The notes beneath the pieces are model-generated. The model saw only the letters and a program-made list of their open reading frames with translations, ran no database searches and was not told where the DNA came from. Below, piece by piece: positions 58,705 to 64,000 of a stretch of 64,000 nt of DNA (within the stretch, counting starts at the first letter, position 1; each line of letters starts with the position of its first letter). A program made the position numbers and the translations under genes. Location: positions 1 through 64,000 of IMG/VR virus record IMGVR_UViG_3300042691_027241; one strand, written 5' to 3'. Origin of the DNA: a virus.

Positions 58705-59725
58705 AGATACAAAAATTCATAACGAATATAAATTGGTAATTTATCTTTACCAATGCTTTGTTGAAGATAAAGATATCGTTATTGATTTTCATTTGGAAGG
58801 ACCGTGTTGCTCTCGGAATAATTTATATAATATACTGGATGAATTTTGCAATGCTACAAAATTTAATAAATCACGCATTAAAATTTATACAGGAAACGCC
58901 CTAGAACGTCACAGCGAATATGAAATAATTTTTAAACCTGAATATTGGTACGAGATCAAATTAATAAATGATTGGCTTAAAAACAATAGGTTAAACATTG
59001 ATACAAAACCTCTAAAACATTTTGGTATTTTTATTGGACGATCATCCTGGTCTAGACTTTGGGCTTCGACTATACTTTATCGATATAAAGATAAAACATT
59101 ACAAACTTTTCATAGTGGGTACGATCAGAACTATGTTGTTTCCAAATCTAATAATACTACAGATTTTTTAGAACTTGACGAACTAAATAGATTTCGTTGT
59201 GATATTATTCCAGAAGTTACTCAATTTTTAAATCATTGTCCAATTAATCAAATAAATGATCTTGATGTAATTAAAAATACAAAAATGTTTATTGCAGCAA
59301 ACAATAATTATTGTTTTCCTATTCAACACCCTGCTAATTTAAATATTCTAAAATGGTATAACGATATTTGCATTGATGTAATTTGTGAAACCAGAACCGT
59401 TGGCAACGTATTTTTTGTAACTGAAAAAACATGGCGTTGCATAATAGCCAAGAAACCGTTTATAATAGTAGGAGCCCCTCATTTTTTAAACAATCTAAAA
59501 AAATTAGGATTTAAAACATTTAATGATTATTGGAATGAAGGGTATGACGAATATCCACCTAGTCATCGAATAAAAGAAATAGAAAAACTTATAAACACAC
59601 TGGCAAAAAAACCAATAATAGAAATGCATAATCTTTTAACACAAATGCAACCAACATTAGAACACAATTATCAAACGTTTGTGTCTTTGACTTACAACAA
59701 AATACAGGAAATCTTCAATGAATAG
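58670..59725 (+). CDS. Putative glycosyltransferase-like protein (TEKT family), paralog of 56916
   Basis: EGPCC, IDVICET..FFVTEKTWRCIIAKKPFIIVG..LGFKTF..WNEGYD; start may be 58685. Confidence 0.5.
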   Translation: MFIQKMHSLISEDTKIHNEYKLVIYLYQCFVEDKDIVIDFHLEGPCCSRNNLYNILDEFCNATKFNKSRIKIYTGNALERHSEYEIIFKPEYWYEIKLINDWLKNNRLNIDTKPLKHFGIFIGRSSWSRLWASTILYRYKDKTLQTFHSGYDQNYVVSKSNNTTDFLELDELNRFRCDIIPEVTQFLNHCPINQINDLDVIKNTKMFIAANNNYCFPIQHPANLNILKWYNDICIDVICETRTVGNVFFVTEKTWRCIIAKKPFIIVGAPHFLNNLKKLGFKTFNDYWNEGYDEYPPSHRIKEIEKLINTLAKKPIIEMHNLLTQMQPTLEHNYQTFVSLTYNKIQEIFNE

Positions 59726-60536
59726 ATTTTTTGCATTTGGTTGCAGTTTTACTAAATCTAATAGAGATTCAACTTGGGCAGACATTCTTGGCGCTCAATT
59801 TGATTATTATGAAAATTGGGGACAACCAGGTGCAGGAAATAGTTTTATATTTTATAGTCTAATAGAATGTTGTAAACGCAACAAAATTAACAAAGATGAT
59901 ACAGTTGCAATTATGTGGACTAGCATTGGAAGAGAAGATAGATTTATACAAGGGAAAGGATGGATCACCCCGGGCAGTATTTATAATCAGAATGTTTATC
60001 CAATTGACTTTGTAAAACAATTTGCAGATCCTACAGGATATTTACTTAGAGATTTGGTACATCTATCTGCGGCGAGAAAAATTCTACAAGAGATTGGTTG
60101 TAAATATTATTTTTTTAGTGTTGTGCCTTTGAAAATTTTTGATGACAATACGCATAACTATTTTGACATTGAAACTAGTATAATTGAGCTGTATAAGGAT
60201 GATTTGTTTGAGGTAAAACCTAGTGTATATGAGGTCGTATTCAACAATAATTGGTACAGCCGTCCGGGAAAAGTTGATATTGATTTAGTTAAGAATGAAT
60301 ATATAAATCTTAGAGGCAACGAATGGCCCTCGTGGGAAAAATTTGTACTAAGAGAATTTGACGGCGTTTCTAAAACAATATTAAAAGAGATCGATGAAAA
60401 GTATAATTTGTCAAACAAACTTTTAATTAGATCAGATACGCACCCTACTGCCAATGAAAGTCATGAATATCTATTAAAAGTTTACGGTAAGTTAGAAAAA
60501 AAATTTAGTAAATCACGTGAGGTCATCAGATTCTAA
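59718..60536 (+). CDS. SGNH/GDSL-like hydrolase or acyltransferase
   Basis: FAFGCSFT block I, NWGQPGAGN block II, C-terminal DTHP. Confidence 0.6.
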   Translation: MNRFFAFGCSFTKSNRDSTWADILGAQFDYYENWGQPGAGNSFIFYSLIECCKRNKINKDDTVAIMWTSIGREDRFIQGKGWITPGSIYNQNVYPIDFVKQFADPTGYLLRDLVHLSAARKILQEIGCKYYFFSVVPLKIFDDNTHNYFDIETSIIELYKDDLFEVKPSVYEVVFNNNWYSRPGKVDIDLVKNEYINLRGNEWPSWEKFVLREFDGVSKTILKEIDEKYNLSNKLLIRSDTHPTANESHEYLLKVYGKLEKKFSKSREVIRF

Positions 60537-61918
60537 TGTCAAAAAGTATTTTTATGTCAGCAGCAGAGACTATGAAGGACCAGTTAGGACCTAGTCTTTG
60601 CTTGGCTAAATGGCAACAAGTTAGTTTGCATCTTCCTACAGGCCTGAACAATAGTTGTTATCATCCTCCTTTACACGAAATAGATTCTTCGTTATTAAAA
60701 AACAATCCTGGTGCTTTACATAACACTCCATATAAAAAAGAACAACGTAAAATCATGTTGCGGAATGAAAGACCACAAGAATGTAGTTATTGCTGGACGC
60801 AGGAGGATTTGGGGAATTTAAGTGATAGACATTACCGATCAGGTGAGCCTTGGGCAGCCGAACACTATGAAAAAATTTCAAATGCAACAGGCGATGAAGA
60901 TAGTATTCCTTCCTATGTGGAAGTCAATTTTAATCATGCTTGCAATCTCAAGTGCTCCTATTGTAGTCCTCAGTTTAGTAGTAGCTGGGATGATGAAATT
61001 AGACGTTATGGAGGATATCCCACCAGCACTACTCATAATGATGCTTCCCATTTTAGCGGTCGCAGACGACCTATCCCTGTTCGAGAAGATAACCCTTATG
61101 TTGATGCATTCTGGGAATGGTGGCCCAGTTTATATCCACGACTAAAACATTTTAGAATGACTGGCGGCGAACCCCTAATGGATCGTAATACATATCGAGT
61201 GTTTGACTATGTGTTGGCCTTTCCTAAACCTGATTTGCATATTGATGTGACCAGCAACTTTAGTGTAGAAGAAAAATTGTGGGAACAATATTTTGATTAC
61301 GTAAGCCAATTATGTAACACAAATATTGAACACTTCATGCAGTATGTGAGTTTGGATACCGGAATAGCCGAACATGCCGAATATATCAGACATGGAATGG
61401 AATATAAAAGAGTTTTAGCAAGAGTTGATTATTTTTTAAGACACATTCCTTATCGTAACAGTCTTACGTTCATTATAACAATGAATAATCTAAGTGTGTT
61501 AGGTTTAAAAAGACAATTAGAAACTGTTCTTGCTTTACGAAGATTACACAGTACAACATATCAACGAGTTTGGTTTGATACACCCATACTCAGACAACCT
61601 ACCTGGCAAAGCTTACAGATATTACCACCTGTATATGCAAAACGATTACAAGATGTGGTCAATTGGATGCGGGCCAATTTAGAAACTGAAGATAACCCAT
61701 TTCAAGGATTCAAAGATTACGAAGTGCAAAGAATGCAACGAGTTTTGGATTGGATGCAAGAAGGTAGCAAATTAGATCAAGAATATGTTATAATGCAACG
61801 TGCTGATTTTTATAGATTCTTCAATGAGCACGACAAACGTAGAGAAACAGACTTTTTAAAAACGTTCCCGGAAATGCGAGAGTTCTGGGATGAATGCCGA
61901 TATCATGCACACACATAA
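60536..61918 (+). CDS. Radical SAM protein with N-terminal Cys-rich (twitch-like) domain
   Basis: CLAKW..SCYH..ECSYCW then CNLKCSYC, TGGEPLM, TSN. Confidence 0.9.
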   Translation: MSKSIFMSAAETMKDQLGPSLCLAKWQQVSLHLPTGLNNSCYHPPLHEIDSSLLKNNPGALHNTPYKKEQRKIMLRNERPQECSYCWTQEDLGNLSDRHYRSGEPWAAEHYEKISNATGDEDSIPSYVEVNFNHACNLKCSYCSPQFSSSWDDEIRRYGGYPTSTTHNDASHFSGRRRPIPVREDNPYVDAFWEWWPSLYPRLKHFRMTGGEPLMDRNTYRVFDYVLAFPKPDLHIDVTSNFSVEEKLWEQYFDYVSQLCNTNIEHFMQYVSLDTGIAEHAEYIRHGMEYKRVLARVDYFLRHIPYRNSLTFIITMNNLSVLGLKRQLETVLALRRLHSTTYQRVWFDTPILRQPTWQSLQILPPVYAKRLQDVVNWMRANLETEDNPFQGFKDYEVQRMQRVLDWMQEGSKLDQEYVIMQRADFYRFFNEHDKRRETDFLKTFPEMREFWDECRYHAHT

Positions 61919-62786
61919 AATATTATGTATAGGTAATAATACTATCGAGACGGATTACCTGGCAAGGAAAACAGCATTAAAATTAGGTGTTCCATTTAAT
62001 GGAATTGTTAATATAACCAGTGTAGAACCAACAACTGGATTATATCATACCAGCATAGAAGATTTATCAATCAAAGGTATTAATAAAATTATTAACAAAT
62101 TTGATAGTATTAAAATATTTGAACAATCAGACTCTCAGGATCAAGAAGCATATTTTCAAAGAATGACACTAAAAAATCAAATTGAATTTCAAGATGCTGA
62201 TTACCCATATCCGAGTGAACCTCTGTTATTTGTTGGTTGCAGTCATACTGCCGGAACGGGACATACCACAGTTGATACAGTATATACAACATTGTTTTCG
62301 TCATTTTTAGATAAGAAATCAGTAATACGCAGTAACCCAGGCAAAGGCAATTGGTTGTTTGGGCAAATATTAAATCAATACAGATTAAAAAATACCTGTG
62401 TAGTGATACAATTCACAGACATTTTTAGAACACGATACTATAACGCTATGGGTACCCTTGTTGAAAAACAAGGAAAAGATTATAGTAAAAATGAAATAGA
62501 ATTTTTCTCAGAAGAGAAATTAACAAAAGATTTTTTAGAGTTAGTTAATGCTATTGTTATTAGATTGCGAGATGCTGATGCAAAATTTGTATTTTTCCAA
62601 TTATCACGTCAGCATGCAAACACTTGTTTAATTGATTATGAATTATCAAAATACAAAGAATTTTGTTGGATTCCTGATGTCCAACAAGATTTTGCTAATG
62701 ATGGCATTCACTTCGGAGTAAACAGTCATCGATTAATTGCAGATAAGTTATTTGAAACCTGGAACAAATTGTATGCCCAAAATTAA
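61890..62786 (+). CDS. SGNH/GDSL-like protein
   Basis: LFVGCSHT, PGKGN, DGIHFG..SH. Confidence 0.6.
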   Translation: MNADIMHTHKILCIGNNTIETDYLARKTALKLGVPFNGIVNITSVEPTTGLYHTSIEDLSIKGINKIINKFDSIKIFEQSDSQDQEAYFQRMTLKNQIEFQDADYPYPSEPLLFVGCSHTAGTGHTTVDTVYTTLFSSFLDKKSVIRSNPGKGNWLFGQILNQYRLKNTCVVIQFTDIFRTRYYNAMGTLVEKQGKDYSKNEIEFFSEEKLTKDFLELVNAIVIRLRDADAKFVFFQLSRQHANTCLIDYELSKYKEFCWIPDVQQDFANDGIHFGVNSHRLIADKLFETWNKLYAQN

Positions 62787-64000
62787 TAACGAAACAGATT
62801 TAGAATACAAGCGCAGAGTGATAGACATCAAGTCAGAATCATTCTGTGGAGCCAAATGGTATAATGCCACTATTTGGTTAGGCTCGGGTATGACAACCAG
62901 TTGTCATCATCCATTGCCTCATAAAGTCGAAATAGCAGATGTTGAAGCCAATCCTAGGGCCTTACATAATACTCCTAAAAAGAAGTCAGAACGCTTGATG
63001 ATGCAATCAGGAGAAAGACCGAGTGGGTGTGAATACTGCTGGAAAATAGAGGACATTGGTCGAGACAATATCAGCGATAGAGTTTATAAAACAGTTTTAT
63101 TTTCAGATGAGGATTTAAACAATGCATTCAACGCAGACCCCAGCGAAGACTTCAATCTTCGCACTCTTGAAATCAGTTTTGATCGTACTTGTCAGTTTGC
63201 TTGCTCTTATTGCAATCCTGCATTCAGTAGTACTTGGGTCAAAGACATCAATAATAATGGGCCCTATGTGGACTTGGTGTCTGACGGTAGGAATCATTTT
63301 ACTCATAGCCATGACAGTTCGCAGCTTTTTAAATTTGGTGAAAATAACCCCTACATCGACGCCTTCTTTAAATGGTGGGAGTCAGACCTTCACAAAACAT
63401 TAACTGAGTTAAGAATTACGGGTGGAGAACCTCTTATGTCTGGGTACACTTGGCAACTGCTTGATTGGTTTAAAACTAATAAAGGTAAGAGTAAAACAAG
63501 ACTTGCAATCAATTCTAATTTGGGAACACAAGTTGATATCGATCGTTTATTTGATAGTGTGGATGCACCCATTGACCTATATACAAGTAATGAATCTGTT
63601 GGTTTACATGCAGAGTATATTAGAGATGGATTGGTTTGGGAGGATTGGGCTAATACTATAGAACTCATATGTGATAATTTTGCTGATTACAAATTGCGAG
63701 GATTACACATAATGTGTACTATAAATGCGCTGTCTCTGGAAAGCTTGACAGAATTTTTAGATTGTATCGTACAGTGGAAAACCTGTTATGGTAAAAATTA
63801 TCCTTTTTTTACATTAAATATATTACGATTTCCAAGTTTTCAAAGCCCTTTAGTTTTGCCAGACGAACTAAGAACAAAGTACAAAACTCAATTACAAAAT
63901 TGGTATAATAGTAACAAGACAAATAAGCTGATTCATGAAATGGAATTTAATCAATTACAAAGACTAATTGATTATTTAGATGTAGTAAAGACTCCACACT
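62773..64000 (+). CDS. Radical SAM protein (paralog of 60536), truncated by window edge
   Basis: Not in ORF track. ATG 62773: MPKINNETD...FCGAKW..SCHHP..GCEYCW...RTCQFACSYCNP...ITGGEPLM; no stop seen before the edge. Confidence 0.88.
   Translation, partial: MPKINNETDLEYKRRVIDIKSESFCGAKWYNATIWLGSGMTTSCHHPLPHKVEIADVEANPRALHNTPKKKSERLMMQSGERPSGCEYCWKIEDIGRDNISDRVYKTVLFSDEDLNNAFNADPSEDFNLRTLEISFDRTCQFACSYCNPAFSSTWVKDINNNGPYVDLVSDGRNHFTHSHDSSQLFKFGENNPYIDAFFKWWESDLHKTLTELRITGGEPLMSGYTWQLLDWFKTNKGKSKTRLAINSNLGTQVDIDRLFDSVDAPIDLYTSNESVGLHAEYIRDGLVWEDWANTIELICDNFADYKLRGLHIMCTINALSLESLTEFLDCIVQWKTCYGKNYPFFTLNILRFPSFQSPLVLPDELRTKYKTQLQNWYNSNKTNKLIHEMEFNQLQRLIDYLDVVKTPH

Overview
This window is a 64-kb segment of a large T4-superfamily (myovirus-like, probably jumbo) phage genome read in the standard code. 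From left to right: (i) a minus-strand head module (scaffold fragment, gp21 protease, acidic core protein, portal gp20) preceded by a tape-measure-like gene; (ii) a divergent gp26/gp51-like pair that can be joined by a -1 frameshift at T_TTT_TTC; (iii) a ~400-nt non-coding stretch that folds into an ornate, pseudoknotted RNA on the minus strand, starting right after the stop of a GIY-YIG (endonuclease II-like) gene; (iv) a minus-strand operon in which a radical SAM / B12-radical SAM / SDR cassette sits between gp47-gp46 and that nuclease, with late sigma gp55 upstream; (v) a plus-strand late baseplate/tail module (gp53, hub, gp5, lysozyme-like, gp25, gp6, a 4730-aa wedge/adhesin, several fibres) with TAAATA late promoters; (vi) a separately promoted AT-rich cluster of glycosyltransferase-like, SGNH-like and radical SAM genes running off the right edge. 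Best candidates for undescribed biology are the nuclease-linked structured RNA and a possible virion glycosylation/modification system. No tRNA, rRNA, CRISPR array or transposase was recognised. All family calls are from motif recognition by eye, not database searches.
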